Shown one piece after another: positions 12,701-24,869 of a DNA stretch of 64,000 bases. This DNA is from Utricularia gibba (taxonomy: Eukaryota; Plantae; Magnoliophyta). Each line of letters begins with the position of its first letter. The stretch's first letter is position 1. A program made the translations under genes and the position numbers. The notes under the pieces are model-generated. The model made no database searches. It saw nothing but the letters and a program-made list of their open reading frames with translations, and had not been told where the DNA came from. Location: the NCBI GenBank assembly GCA_002189035.1, contig NEEC01000004.1:2976001-3040000 (forward strand). The letters run 5' to 3'.

Positions 12701-14578
12701 GCTTAGGGTTAATGATGAAATTTATGTGGGAGACCTAAGGAGGGAAACAAGTAGTTTCACAACTTAGAAGCTTGGTTTAGAGGTAGACCAACAAACCAAG
12801 GCGGGAGCAGTCGGTGTTAGTCCCGGGTAGAACAAGTAGAATTGGGTAGAGCTAGTTCTATATACCTTGCATGCGGGTAGACCTAATTGGAATATTGGTT
12901 ATGATATTGGGGACTAGCTTAAGCCAAAAATATGATTAATGACCTGGGTAGACCTAGGTTTTTCGAAGTTGTGAGTGTAGAAAGATAGCAAATTAAGTTA
13001 GGAACCTTAGTATGGCACCACCCGCAGATCCTTAAGGCGTCCTCGTATTAATTTGAGTCAAAACCAGTACCTATTACCTTTGCGTAGAAACCTGATATTG
13101 CTTACCTACCTTATTTACTGAACTTGTTTACCACTGTTAGTCCGAGATTAGACTAAGACCTACTGTTATCCGAAATTATGCATGTACTAAAACACTTAGC
13201 AAGCACAAGCTCTTCGTGATCGACCCCGATATCCACTATATAAGTTTTCCAAAAATTTGTATTTTGTGTAGATTAGGGATTATAAATTTATTTGATAAGG
13301 ATTTTCTATTTTTATTTGCAACAATATTAGGAAATTTCCGTTTATCAGAGCATTAGTCAAACAAAAAGGGGTTACTCATACAAACCAAACTTATTTTTAA
13401 AACCTTATCACCTTCCTTCATTCTAATATGATGACATCCATTTCTCAAATCAATCTTACAAAAAATAGAAGCACCATGCAATTTATCAAGCATATCTTCA
13501 AGTCTAGGGATAGGATGTCGATACTTGATTGTGATGTTGTTGATGGTGTGACAATCAGTGCACATCCACCAAATTCCATCAAACTTAGGAACCAATAAAA
13601 TCGACACAGAACAAGGGCTCATGCTCTCAGGCACAAATCCTTTAGACATCATGTTCTCAACTTGCTTTTGTATTTCCTTCGTCTCCTCTAGATTGGATTG
13701 GTATGCTGTTCAGTTTGGGACTTGTGCTCCAGGCACAAGGTTAATTTTATGCTCAATCCCTCTGATGGGCAGTAATCCTTGAATTTCTTCTAGAAATACA
13801 TATTGATATACTTGTAAGAGAGACATAATATAAGATGGAATGGGTGGAGCATTGTTAAGGAAAGTAGTAACTTCATCCTTGTACATAAGTAGAAGGAATG
13901 CTTGTCTAGCATGAAGTGAGTGTCTAATCTCACTTGGGCTAGCTAAGTGACTCTCCCTCTTTCTCTCAATTTCTAACACTCTCATATTTCCACTTTCTGA
14001 TTTGAAGTCATTGTCACCCTTTTTACCACTCAATTCCCTTCCATCTCTTCTTTTCTCACCACTTTTTCGAATCTTTTTCACTAATTTTCACTCCATTCTC
14101 TTTTCGCTCTTCTCCCCTCATCTCTCCTCCCTTAAGCAACACTCCTTATGATTTCCGTTTGCACTATGTAGGGCTCTAGCATCACTAAATATCCTGACTT
14201 AATCCTTGTGTGCCTCCTTTGGAGCTAATGGAGCTAGTGTGATGAAGTGTCCATTATGATTGAAGTAATACTTGTTCTGGAATCCATCATGGAATACTCT
14301 TCTATCATATTCCCAAGGCCTCCCACTAAGAATATGACTGGCATGCATAGGGACAACATCAATAGGACTTCATCTTCATATCTCCCTATGGAAAACACAC
14401 AAGCACTTGTTTGGTAACCTTTACCTCATTTCCTTCATTAAACCACTGCAAATTAAGGCTTAGGATGCCTCATGGTTGGTAGTCGCAATTTCTCCACCAA
14501 GATGTTGTTGGCAACATTAGTGCAACTACCTCCATCAACAAAGGGATGCTGAAAATATCTTTAAAAGGACTCTGTTGT
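9772..14578 (-). mobile_element. Older CRM family A element: pol (PR, RT, RH, IN), PPT and 3' LTR remnant (9772-9954), split by a solo LTR at 12090-13347
   Basis: Frameshifted ORFs 13353-13652, 11839-12036 (YFDD), 11437-11721, 10840-11268, 10268-10582 and 9768-10088 (CR motif GPIIRSK) are colinear with the intact element. The polypurine tract lies at 9955-9970. Confidence 0.85.
12090..13347 (+). mobile_element. Athila-like solo LTR
   Basis: TGATAGCACAC...CCGTTTATCA termini with TSD GAGTA/GAGCA. It splits the CRM RT codons SNAPST. Similar to 30096-31020 and 50353-51746. Confidence 0.8.
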
Positions 14579-15345
14579 TCACCAACCGCCAATAGTAGAT
14601 GGCCTCTATGGTATCCACACGTGGAGCACGCCGTCGATAACCTTCTCAAGAGTGTAGCATGCTGGTCGATCTCCTCAGGTGCTAGTGGAAAAAATCGCCT
14701 CCTTGTATCAATCTTAGAGAACACGAAGATGCTGGTAGGTTACTCCAGATCTAAATCTTTCTGATAGATATTTCGTAACATCTCATATCAAATCTTCATG
14801 AAGATCTTATCTTGTGGAGATACATATATGTACCAAATCTTATATATATCAGATCTTTTATTTTGAGTTTAATCAATGTTAATCTCAAAATAACTCTCTA
14901 TTTAATTTATCCACTTTGCAATTACATCTCATGTAATTGTGTCATTGCATTTTATATTGATAAGTGACTCCACTATTAATTGTGACCCTATAGGCTTTTT
15001 CAATCAAGGCTGTAATAATGGATTTATTAATTAACTCTTAATTAATCAAATCCATCAGTATCGATCATGAGTGATGCCTAGCAACATATCATGATCCCCA
15101 AGATTAAAGAATAATCAGGTGAACTGATTGAGCCTTTCCATGACCACTCACCATGCAATGAACAGCTTTCATCATAGTTATATCTCATTCGATACCAAAA
15201 CATGGGTGTGTGTCTTTTTGATGTATCGAACTTACAGTTGCATTCAAGCACTAACACTCAATGACCTACTCAAACAATTCGATTGTTTTTACCTTGGGCC
15301 CAAAACTTACTGTTAGGCTTTGATGCAATTACTTGAGATATGATC

Positions 15346-16500
15346 TCATAACACATATTTTTGAGTGGCTCAATGAATAGAATTTACTCATTTTGTGCTA
15401 CAAAAATTAAGCTTTATTGCCTAGTTTTATATTTTTGCAGATAAGTACCGTAGTAGTGCCAATTTAGTCTTAGTTTAGGGTTTGTGCTACAAACCTTCTA
15501 ATAGTTTTTTTCAAACAATGCAGCACAGGTCGCAACACAAATCCTAAGGAGCCGAATATGAATAGTATAGTGGCAGAGAAGGTGGCGGAAGTCTGAAAAA
15601 GAGTATACACAAAGTCCAAGGAGGTGAAAAAGGGATATTTTTGGACAAAAAGGGAGGAAAGGTGGGGAGAGAAAGCAGATCTCCCCTTGGAGACTCACAA
15701 ATAGCTATCTGGAGAAGGTTTTCTGGGGAGGAAGAAGAAGGAAGACAAACAGGAACGAAGCTAAAGTTCAAGACTAATTTCTGTTTTCGAAAAATATTAC
15801 TCCTACCTAGAAGTAGCTAGCGACGTTTTTAGTTTTTATCGACATTTCACATTACTTGCTTGTTTGCTTTGTGCTATTTGACTGTAAATGAGCATACTGT
15901 GGGTGATGTTTTCTTTTCCACTTTCGTTTACCTTAAGCATGAGTGGTTAAGCACTTAGAGGGGTGCTTAGGGGAGAAAAGTAGAGAAATATGCTAATTAT
16001 CCTAAGACTTAATAAACCATGAGTCACGCCACTTCCTTAATAAGCCAAGATAGATCTGGGAGGGGGAAGTAGTGAAACCCAACTTAATAACCCTAATTAG
16101 AGGTAGACCAAAGATTAAGGGGAAAAACAAGAATCCGGGTAGACCTAGATCTTGTGAGAGTTGTATAATTTATTATTTAGCTAGCTTGTTTAGTGATAAG
16201 CATACATTCCCTAGGAGTCCCAAGGCATCACCCATTTCATTCCAGAAACTAGCGAATCCAAAGTTGTTACTTTTGTTTACTGTATTTCGTTATAGTCTTG
16301 CCTTAGTCCTAGTTATGACCAATTTACCAACGTGACACTGATTTCATGCTTTGGCTAATCACTTGACAAGCACTTACTCTTCGTGTTCGACCCTAATCAC
16401 TATGCTCATTATTGTTTTATGCTTGAATGTGGGTTAGGTTATAAATTTATTTGATAGGAAAATTTTCACTTAACGACATTGCATAATTTTTCGTTTATCA
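15346..16500 (+). mobile_element. Athila-like solo LTR (second subfamily)
   Basis: Starts TCATAACACAT (mutated TGAT) and ends CGTTTATCA, with a perfect TGATC TSD (15341-15345, 16501-16505). Similar to 60430-61594. Confidence 0.8.
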
Positions 16501-16584
16501 TGATCTCATCGCTAACATGAGTGATGAATCCTTTATTGATTAATCGACTATCTCCAACCTTAAGGAGTCACATCCCTACTCATC

Positions 16585-17170
16585 TGATGAGCCCCAGGAA
16601 GATAATGAAGTATATTTGAAGAATGATGAGGAATTAGAAAGAAAGATGATTCCACCAGGACCAATGACTAGGAGCAAGACAAAGATGGTTGAAGATACAC
16701 TTAAGGGTCTACTCAATACCATTGGAATCAAACATGGGCTTGAAGACATCCCATCAAAAGAGCTCAACTACTTGAAGATGGACTTAACTTAGAGCATTGG
16801 GCTTGTTAGACTTTTCTATTTTATTTAGTTTGGGCTATGTAATGTTAGAGCCCAATTCTAGAGTATAAATACTCTAGAGATGTACTATTTCAGGATCTTT
16901 GGTCATTTTATGTATCTTGTGAGGATTCCCCTCTCCTTTGAGTGCTTGAACACTCTTAACTTATCAAGCTTTGAGCTTGTGGCGTTCTAGGATTATCACT
17001 TCCAATCAATCTCTCTTTTCTGAAGTGTGGCTCCTAATTTTCTTTGTTTCAAAGTCTGGTTGCAAGAGATTTATTCTCTTGAGGGTAGACTTGGGTGGGT
17101 TCTCTTCTAAGCTTCAAAATCACCTCTTTTTTGTGGGTTGCTAATCTCTATAGATTAGAGGGTCACATCA
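16585..17170 (+). repeat. 5' LTR of intact CRM element
   Basis: TGATGAGCCCC...GGTCACATCA, followed by TT and the PBS. Confidence 0.95.
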
Positions 17171-17172
17171 TT

Positions 17173-17184
17173 TGGTATCAGAGC
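17173..17184 (+). other. Primer-binding site, tRNA-iMet (TGGTATCAGAGC)
   Basis: Canonical motif 2 nt after the LTR end. Confidence 0.95.
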
Positions 17185-18008
17185 TTTGGGTTCCTTATCC
17201 TTATTATTATCCAATTCTTGTTTGAGTTCTTCCATTCCTGCCTATTCAAAAAAAAAAAAAAAAAAAAAAAAAAATCGTTCAAGCCAAGTCCTTATTACTT
17301 TTGGCTTTAGTACAAAAAAAAAAAGGGAGGTTCACAGGAAGTTGATTGAAGAAGAACTCGAAATTGAGTGTCAATTGAATAGCAAGAACACATTGAATAT
17401 CATTTTCAAGTGTGCAAGAGGATAAGGAGTGTGAAGGTGAACATCCATTACCCATCACTATCATCCATTATTATGTATGTTTAAATTGTGGCCCACCTCT
17501 CTACTTTTCCCATTCCACCAAGCAACCACTTTATTGTTGTTTTTCTTATCTTCAATTCCCATCCCCTGTCATTCACGTGTCCCCACCTTTCCATTTGACT
17601 ATTCTCTTTGTTGATTGCCCATTCCTGTATTTCTATAGTTTAGCAAGCAACACATTTCGTGTGTATTGCTCTATTCTCTGATTTCATCTGTTCTTACCTT
17701 GTTGTCCATCCTTCCTATTTATCTATTCCAACAAGCAACCAATTTAATTTAAACACTTCCCTTTGTCTCCATCTTGAGACTATTAATACTGCCACCCTCA
17801 CCTAACTCCATCATTACACTATAATCAATACCAATCTGGAAGTGATTAATTCGTTAGATGCCATGAGAACAAGCATGATGACATTAAAGAGTGCATCAAG
17901 GACTTGAAGCTTGAGGATTGAGTGGTAAATCTTGTGTGTGTTTCTTTGTTCTGTTAGTTTAGTCTCTTTTCTTCCTTGCTGCTCGTTTTCTTTTGTCTTG
18001 TATTTAGG

Positions 18009-21000
18009 ATGTCAAATTCCAGAAGTGAGCATGAAAAGGATGACTCACCGGATGAGAGGTTCACTTTGAAAGCTATGCAACAGGAGTTCACTAGATTGCA
18101 TCGCATTCTAGAAAACATAAATGTCAGGCTTGATGAACACGAAAATTCTTTGCAAAATGTTGCAAGAGCACGAAGACAAGATAATTATGCTACTGGAAGG
18201 GGTCGAGGTAGTCAATTGCATCAACGCATCAACACTGAACATGACTTAAGTGATCAACGAAGTGCAAGGACTGTTGGAAGAAGAGATCGAACCCTGAATA
18301 CTGATGAAGAAGATGACTACATTGAACATAGTGAAAATGATTTTGTGCATGGGGATACAAGAAGATTTCGAGATCAGGGAGGTAGAAGAGACGGAGGAAG
18401 AATTGGAAAGGATGTTAACAACATCAAGATGAAGATACCTCAATTTCAAGGAAAGAATGATCCAGATGCATATCTCCAATGGGAAACAAGAGTAGAACAT
18501 GTCTTTGATTGCAACACCTTCTCTGACGAAAAGAAAATCAGATTGGCCTCCATGGAATTTAGTGACTATGCTGTCATTTGGTGGGATCAATTGGTGGCTA
18601 AAAGAAGGATTGACTCTGAAGAACCAATTCACACTTGGGCTGAGATGAAAAGAGTTATGAGGAGGCGGTTTGTTCCAAACCATTACCAAAGAGATGTTTA
18701 TCAACGTTTGCAAATACTCAAGCAGGGCTCAAGGCCAGTGGAGGAATATTGGCAGGAAATGGAGATTTTAATGATTAGAGCTCATGTTCAGGAAGATAGA
18801 GAAGCAACTATGGCTAGGTTTCTTCATGGGATGAATAAGGACATTGCAAATATTGTGGAGCTTCATCACTACATTGAGATGGAGTACATGATTCATATGG
18901 CCACAAAGGTTGAGAAACAACTATCTAGCAAGAGTTTCGCAAGAGATTTCAACAAGAGGACTTCTGGTTCGAAATTTAGGGGCACCAATGAGATGATGGA
19001 GAGAAATAAAGGGAAGTCATCCATGGAAAACTTCAAATTCGACATCCCATCAAGTTCCAAGAAAGGGGAGCGAACAACACCTCCAAAGGGAACTACCAGA
19101 AACATAAAATGTTTCAAATGCTTGGGGCTTGGACATATTGCTTCTGAATACCCAAATAAACGAGCAATGGTGATTAGGGGCAATGGCGAAGTTGTTAGTG
19201 AAGATGATAATGATCTAGTGGAGACAGAAGCTGAAGTGAGTGATGAGGATGAATTGCCTGTTTCTGGAGAATTATTAGTCACTCGAAGGACGCTTAACAT
19301 TGGAGTGAAGGATAATGATGAGCAAAGGAAGAACTTGTTTCAAACCCGATGCTTTGTTAATGGGAAAGTTTGCAGCCTGATTATTGATGGAGGTAATTGC
19401 ACCAATGTTGCCAGCAACATCTTGGTGGAGAAATTGGGACTACCAACCGTGAGGCATCCTAAGCCTTACAATCTGAAGTGGTTCAATGAAGGAAGTGAGG
19501 TAAAGGTTACCAAACAAGTGCTTGTGACGTTTTCTATAGGGAGATATGAAGATAAAGTCCTATGTGATGTTGTTCCTATGCATGCAAGCCATATTCTTCT
19601 TGGGAGACCTTGGGAATATGATAGAAGAGCATTTCATGATGGTTTCAAGAACAAATATTCCTTCAATTATAATGGACGCTCCATCACACTTGCTCCATTA
19701 TCTCCAAAGAAGGCACATGAAGATCAAGTCAGAATTCTGAGTGATGCTAGAGGCCTTCATACTGATAATGGAAAGCACAAGGTGGTCGTTCGTAAGGGAG
19801 AAGAGATGAGTGAAGTGAAAATGAGTGGAAAAAAGGATGAAAATGAGCACAAAACAGAGAGTGGAAACATGAGAGTTTTCGAAATTGAGAGAAAGAATGA
19901 GAGTCTATTAGCAAGGCCACGTGAGATTAGACACTTACTTCATGCTAGGCAACCATTCATTCTACTCATGTATAAGGATGAAGTTCCTACTTCACCTAAC
20001 CATGCTTCATCCATTCCATCTTGTGTTGTGTCTCTCTTACAGGTATATAAAGATGTTTTTCCAGACGAACTTCAAGGCTTACCTCCCCTTAGAGGGATTG
20101 AGCATCAAATTGACCTTGTCCCTGAAGCACAACTCCCAAACCGACCAGCATACCGAGCCAATCCAGAGGAGACGAAGGAAATACAAAAACAAGTTGAGGA
20201 ATTGGTGTCTAAAGGATTTGTGCGTGAGAGCATGAGTCCTTGCTCGGTGCCGGTGTTATTGGTTCCAAAGTCTGATGGAACTTGGCGGATGTGCACTGAT
20301 TGTCGCGCCATCAACAACATCACAATCAAGTATAGACATCCTATCCCTAGACTTGAAGATATGCTTGATGAGTTGCATGGTGCTTGTGTTTTTAGTAAGA
20401 TTGATTTGAGAAGTGGATATCATCAGATTAGAATGAAGGAAGGTGATGAGTGGAAAACTTCTTTTAAAACTAAGTTTGGTTTGTATGAGTGGGTTGTTAT
20501 GCCTTTTGGGTTATCCAATGCTCCTAGCACCTTTATGAGATTGATGAATCACGTTCTTAGGCCTTTTATAGGTAGATTTGTTGTTGTTTATTTTGATTAT
20601 ATTCTGATCTATAGTAAAAGTATTGAGGAACATGTTGGGCATTTGAAAGATGTGTTAGATACTCTTAGAAAAGAGAAGTTGTTTGCTAATATCAAGAAGT
20701 GTGTCTTTTGCACAAATAGTGTCTCTTTTCTTGGATATGTTGTAAGTAATGCAGGAGTAACTGTGGATGAAGAGAAGGTAAGAGCAATCAAAGAATGGCC
20801 AACACCTACATCAGTGGGTGAAGTTAGGAGTTTTCATGGTTTAGCAAGTTTCTATAGACGGTTTGTTAGGGACTTCAATTCTATAGCAGCACCCCTCACC
20901 CAGTTGATCAAGAAAAATCATGCATTTCATTGGGGAGATGAGCAGGAACATGCTTTCAAACAACTCAAGAATAAGCTTTGCTCAACACCTCTCCTAGCAC

Positions 21001-22856
21001 TTCCAAATTTTTATAATACTTTTGAAATTGAATGTGATGCATCAGGTTTAGGGATTGGTGCTGTGTTGATGCAAAATGGACGTCCACTTGCTTATTTTAG
21101 TGAGAAGCTTCATGGTGCCACCCTCAACTATCCAACATATGACAAAGAGTTGTATGCGTTGGTTAGAGCTTTGGAGACATGGCAGCACTACTTATGGCCT
21201 AAGGAGTTCGTGATACACACTGATCATGAGTCTCTCAAACATTTGAAGGCTCAAGTAAAGCTGAATAGAAGACATGCTAAGTGGGTGGAATTCATTGACA
21301 CATTCCCATATGTGATCAAATACAAGAAAGGTAAGGAGAATGTGGTTGCTGATGCTTTATCTCGAAGGTACACTCTCTTAGCCAATCTTGATGCAAGAAT
21401 TCTTGGATTTGCTTCCATTATTGACTTATATGTTCATGATCACGATTTTGGGGATATTTATAAGGCATGTGAACTTGCTCCATCTGGACTATTCTTCAGG
21501 AAAGATGGTTTTTTTTATAGGAAAGATAGGCTGTGCCTTCCTTCTTGCTCCATACGTGATTTGATTGTTAGAGAAGCTCATGGTGGGGGACTAATGGGAC
21601 ATTTTGGTGTTAAAAAGACTCTTGATACTCTCACCCAACATTTCTTTTGGCCACACATGAGAAGGGATGTTGAAAGAATTTGTTCTAGATGTATCTCTTG
21701 TAGGAAGGCTAAATCAACCACTGCCCCTAATGGTTTGTATACTCCACTCCCTACTCCTTCCCAACCATGGGTGGACATTTCTATGGACTTTGTTTTAGGC
21801 TTACCTCGTACCCAAAGGGGTAGAGATTCAATTTTCGTTGTTGTGGACAGGTTTTCAAAGATGGCACACTTTATTCCCTGCCATAAAACTGATGATGCAT
21901 CTCATGTGGCTGATCTCTTCTTTAGGGAAGTTGTTAGACTTCATGGAATGCCCCTAACTATTGTCTCTGATCGAGATGCAAGGTTTCTTAGTCACTTTTG
22001 GAGAGTTCTTTGGAGTAAACTTGGCACTAAGCTGTTATACTCAACAACATATCACCCTCAAACCGATGGGCAAACTGAGGTAACTAATCGCACACTTTCT
22101 ACCTTACTTAGGATTATGATTAAATCAAATCTTAAGACTTGGGAGGAATGTTTGCCACTTGTTGAGTTTGCTTACAATAGAACCATGCATCTGACTACTA
22201 AATTATCTCCATTTGAAGTCGTTTATGGTTTTAATCCTCTTACACCTTTGGATATGTTATCTTTGCCTTGTGATGAGAAAGTTAGTTTAGATGGCAAGAA
22301 GAGAGCTGATGCAATCAGAAGATTGCATGAAAAGGTGAAACAACAGATTGAATGCAACAATGCAAAGTATGCATCAGCAGCAAACAAGGGGAGACGCAAA
22401 GTTGTATTTGAACCTGGAGATTGGGTTTGGCTTCATCTTAGGAAGGAGAGATTTCCCACAAAGAGAAAGTCCAAACTTCTACCTCGTGGAGATGGCCCTT
22501 TCCAAGTTGTTGAGCGCGTTAATGATAATGCGTACAAGCTAGATTTACCAGGTGAGTATTCTGTTCATTCAACTTTTAATGTTGCTGATTTGTCTCTTTT
22601 CGACATGGATACAGATTCAGGGACGAATCTTCCTAAAGAAAGGGGGGATGATGAGCCCCAGGAAGATAATGAAGTATATTTGAAGAATGATGAGGAATTA
22701 GAAAGAAAGAAGATTCCACCAGGACCAATGACTAGAAGCAAGACAAAGATGGTTGAAGATACACTTAAGGGTCTACTCAATACCATTGGAATCAAACATG
22801 GGCTTGAAGACATCCCATCAAAAGAGCTCAACTACTTGAAGATGGACTTACCTTAG
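18009..22856 (+). CDS. CRM gag-pol polyprotein (gag, PR, RT, RNase H, integrase, CR motif), about 1615 aa; open frame but RT YFDD reads YFDY
   Basis: First ATG at 18009. Motifs: zinc knuckle [14 protein letters not shown], protease [17 protein letters not shown], RNase H ECDASG/DKE/TDH/ADALSR, integrase HHCC plus SMD/SDRD/QTE, GPF and GPMTRSK. The stop lies 208 nt inside the 3' LTR. Confidence 0.93.
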   Translation: MSNSRSEHEKDDSPDERFTLKAMQQEFTRLHRILENINVRLDEHENSLQNVARARRQDNYATGRGRGSQLHQRINTEHDLSDQRSARTVGRRDRTLNTDEEDDYIEHSENDFVHGDTRRFRDQGGRRDGGRIGKDVNNIKMKIPQFQGKNDPDAYLQWETRVEHVFDCNTFSDEKKIRLASMEFSDYAVIWWDQLVAKRRIDSEEPIHTWAEMKRVMRRRFVPNHYQRDVYQRLQILKQGSRPVEEYWQEMEILMIRAHVQEDREATMARFLHGMNKDIANIVELHHYIEMEYMIHMATKVEKQLSSKSFARDFNKRTSGSKFRGTNEMMERNKGKSSMENFKFDIPSSSKKGERTTPPKGTTRNIKCFKCLGLGHIASEYPNKRAMVIRGNGEVVSEDDNDLVETEAEVSDEDELPVSGELLVTRRTLNIGVKDNDEQRKNLFQTRCFVNGKVCSLIIDGGNCTNVASNILVEKLGLPTVRHPKPYNLKWFNEGSEVKVTKQVLVTFSIGRYEDKVLCDVVPMHASHILLGRPWEYDRRAFHDGFKNKYSFNYNGRSITLAPLSPKKAHEDQVRILSDARGLHTDNGKHKVVVRKGEEMSEVKMSGKKDENEHKTESGNMRVFEIERKNESLLARPREIRHLLHARQPFILLMYKDEVPTSPNHASSIPSCVVSLLQVYKDVFPDELQGLPPLRGIEHQIDLVPEAQLPNRPAYRANPEETKEIQKQVEELVSKGFVRESMSPCSVPVLLVPKSDGTWRMCTDCRAINNITIKYRHPIPRLEDMLDELHGACVFSKIDLRSGYHQIRMKEGDEWKTSFKTKFGLYEWVVMPFGLSNAPSTFMRLMNHVLRPFIGRFVVVYFDYILIYSKSIEEHVGHLKDVLDTLRKEKLFANIKKCVFCTNSVSFLGYVVSNAGVTVDEEKVRAIKEWPTPTSVGEVRSFHGLASFYRRFVRDFNSIAAPLTQLIKKNHAFHWGDEQEHAFKQLKNKLCSTPLLALPNFYNTFEIECDASGLGIGAVLMQNGRPLAYFSEKLHGATLNYPTYDKELYALVRALETWQHYLWPKEFVIHTDHESLKHLKAQVKLNRRHAKWVEFIDTFPYVIKYKKGKENVVADALSRRYTLLANLDARILGFASIIDLYVHDHDFGDIYKACELAPSGLFFRKDGFFYRKDRLCLPSCSIRDLIVREAHGGGLMGHFGVKKTLDTLTQHFFWPHMRRDVERICSRCISCRKAKSTTAPNGLYTPLPTPSQPWVDISMDFVLGLPRTQRGRDSIFVVVDRFSKMAHFIPCHKTDDASHVADLFFREVVRLHGMPLTIVSDRDARFLSHFWRVLWSKLGTKLLYSTTYHPQTDGQTEVTNRTLSTLLRIMIKSNLKTWEECLPLVEFAYNRTMHLTTKLSPFEVVYGFNPLTPLDMLSLPCDEKVSLDGKKRADAIRRLHEKVKQQIECNNAKYASAANKGRRKVVFEPGDWVWLHLRKERFPTKRKSKLLPRGDGPFQVVERVNDNAYKLDLPGEYSVHSTFNVADLSLFDMDTDSGTNLPKERGDDEPQEDNEVYLKNDEELERKKIPPGPMTRSKTKMVEDTLKGLLNTIGIKHGLEDIPSKELNYLKMDLP

Positions 22857-23234
22857 AGCATTGGGCTTGTTAGACTTTTCTATTTTATTTAGTTTGGGCT
22901 ATGTAATGTTAGAGCCCAATTCTAGAGTATAAATACTCTAGAGATGTACTATTTCAGGATCTTTGGTCATTTTATGTATCTTGTGAGGATTCCCCTCTCC
23001 TTTGAGTGCTTGAACACTCTTAACTTATCAAGCTTTGAGCTTGTGGCGTTCTAGGATTATCAATTCCAATCAATCTCTCTTTTCTGAAGTGTGGCTCCTA
23101 ATTTTCTTTGTTTCGAAGTCTGGTTGCAAGAGATTTATTCTCTTGAGGGTAGACTTGGGTGGGTTCTCTTCTAAGCTTCAAAATCACCTCTTTTTTGTGG
23201 GTTGCTAATCTCAATAGATTAGAGGGTCACATCA
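22649..23234 (+). repeat. 3' LTR of intact CRM element
   Basis: Follows the polypurine tract AAAGAAAGGGGGGA; about 99% identical to the 5' LTR. Confidence 0.95.
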
Positions 23235-23752
23235 TCATCCATACTAGGTAAGCCATGGTTAGGCTCTCATTAATAATCAGCGAAAATGTGAACTTAAGAT
23301 CAAGATAACTTTGTTGACCTCAAGTCTAAGCTTACTTGCACGGCTGTCATATTCGAGATCTTGCTACTAACACTTGGTTAGCTTCCCATAGTAGCATCTC
23401 GAAGAGGAGTCATCCATTGAGTCGATTCTCTAATCGACACCCACACATAGGTTCTAGTAATCTCATTACATCAATTGTGAGAACCATTGCCTAAACAATT
23501 TAGGGAACTCAATGTGTGCCAGCTTATCCGTAATTGTGATATCCTTATTTCACAAATACTCTAGCTAGGGAGTTTTTAACTTGATCATGAATGCTTGAAG
23601 AATCTCACATTATGATCTCATCATAATTTCTGTAGCACATAGATCAAGTAGAGAATTTTATCAATGATATAAATTTCATCACAATTCAAGGTAAACATCA
23701 AAAGATAAGATTTGCCAATGAGTTGATTGTGTCTAGAACACATATACTAACA

Positions 23753-24869
23753 TTGGGCTCTTGCAACATTTTGTACAGAGTTTTCGTGTTCCTCAAGCCT
23801 AACATGTATATTCTCCAGAATGCGATGCAATCTTGCGAATTGTCGCTACATAGCTCTCAAAGTGAACTTCTCATCTGGTGAGTCGTCTTTCTCATGCTCA
23901 CTTTTTGAATTTGACAGCCTAAACAACAGACAAAAGGAAACGAGCAGCAAGGAAGAAAACAGAGTAAAGTGAAAGAACAAAGAAACACACACAAGGTTTA
24001 CCACTCAATCCTCAACCTTCAAGTTCTTTATGCACTCCCTAACATCATCATGCTTGACCTCATGGCACCTCAAGAGTTAACCACTTCCAGATTGGTATTG
24101 ATTATGTGTTATGATGGGTTTAGATGAGGGTGGCAATGTTAATTATCTCACAATGGAGACAAAGGGGAGTGGTTGAATTAAATTGGTTGCTTTTGGAGTA
24201 GATGAATAGGAGGGATGGACAACAAAGTGAGAACAGATGAAATCAGAGGAATGGGCACTAAAAAAGAAATATGTTGCTTATGCAATTATAAAAATAGAGG
24301 AATGGGCAATTAACAAAGAAAATAGTCAAATGGGATGGTAAGGACAAGTAAATGACAGGGGATGGGGATAGAAGATAAAGAAAAAAAACAAGAAAGTAGT
24401 TGGTTGATGGAATGGGAAAAGTAGAGAAATGGGTCACAAACAAACACATATAATAATGGATAATAGTGACAGGTGATGGATGTTCACCTTCACACTCCTT
24501 CTCATTTTACACCCTTGAAGTTGATATTCAAGGTGTTCTTACTATTCAATTGAAACTCAATTTCATGTTCTTCCTAAATAAACTTTCTTTGCACTCTTTT
24601 TTTTTGTGCCGAAGACAAACGTAAGAAGAAGGACGTGCTTGAATGTTTTTTTTTTCCCATAAGCAGGAATGGAAGAACTAAAAGAAGAAAAGGATACTAA
24701 TAAAGAGAAGGAACACAAAGCTATGATATCAAATGATGATCCTCTAATCTAAAGAGATTAGCAACACACGAGCAAGAGGTGAATTTGAAGCTTAGAAAGG
24801 AATCCTCAAAGAAAAGGAAAATCTTAGGACACCAGAAGCTCAAGGCTTAATAAGTAAAGAGTGTTCAAG
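23753..24869 (-). mobile_element. CRM family A 5' part: LTR end, degenerate PBS, 5' UTR and gag start (probably the same element as 9772-14578)
   Basis: The reverse complement gives ...GATTAGAGGATCATCA TTTGATATCATAGC, then a UTR and gag start colinear with 17170-18170. Confidence 0.8.

Larger units (their letters stand above)
16585..23234 (+). mobile_element. Full-length young CRM-clade Ty3/gypsy retrotransposon (6650 bp)
   Basis: LTRs 16585-17170 and 22649-23234 (586 bp each, TG...CA, 6 substitutions counted by eye). Perfect TSD TCATC (16580-16584, 23235-23239). PBS 17173-17184, PPT 22635-22648, one gag-pol ORF. Confidence 0.97.
14579..23752 (-). repeat. Angela-like LTR hosting two later insertions (pieces 14579-15345, 16501-16584, 23235-23752)
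   Basis: The pieces rejoin into a sequence colinear with the other copies. LTR 5' terminus ...ATACTAACA at 23752; the 3' terminus is deleted. Confidence 0.7.

Noticed and set aside
17248-17274. 27-nt poly(A) run as a LINE/SINE tail
   Set aside because: The homologous minus-strand CRM copy has a shorter run at the same UTR position and there is no TSD, so it is a slippage-expanded UTR feature.
17976-18008. ORF-track start of the CRM polyprotein
   Set aside because: Non-ATG start inside a pyrimidine tract. The first ATG at 18009 matches the gag start of the other copies.
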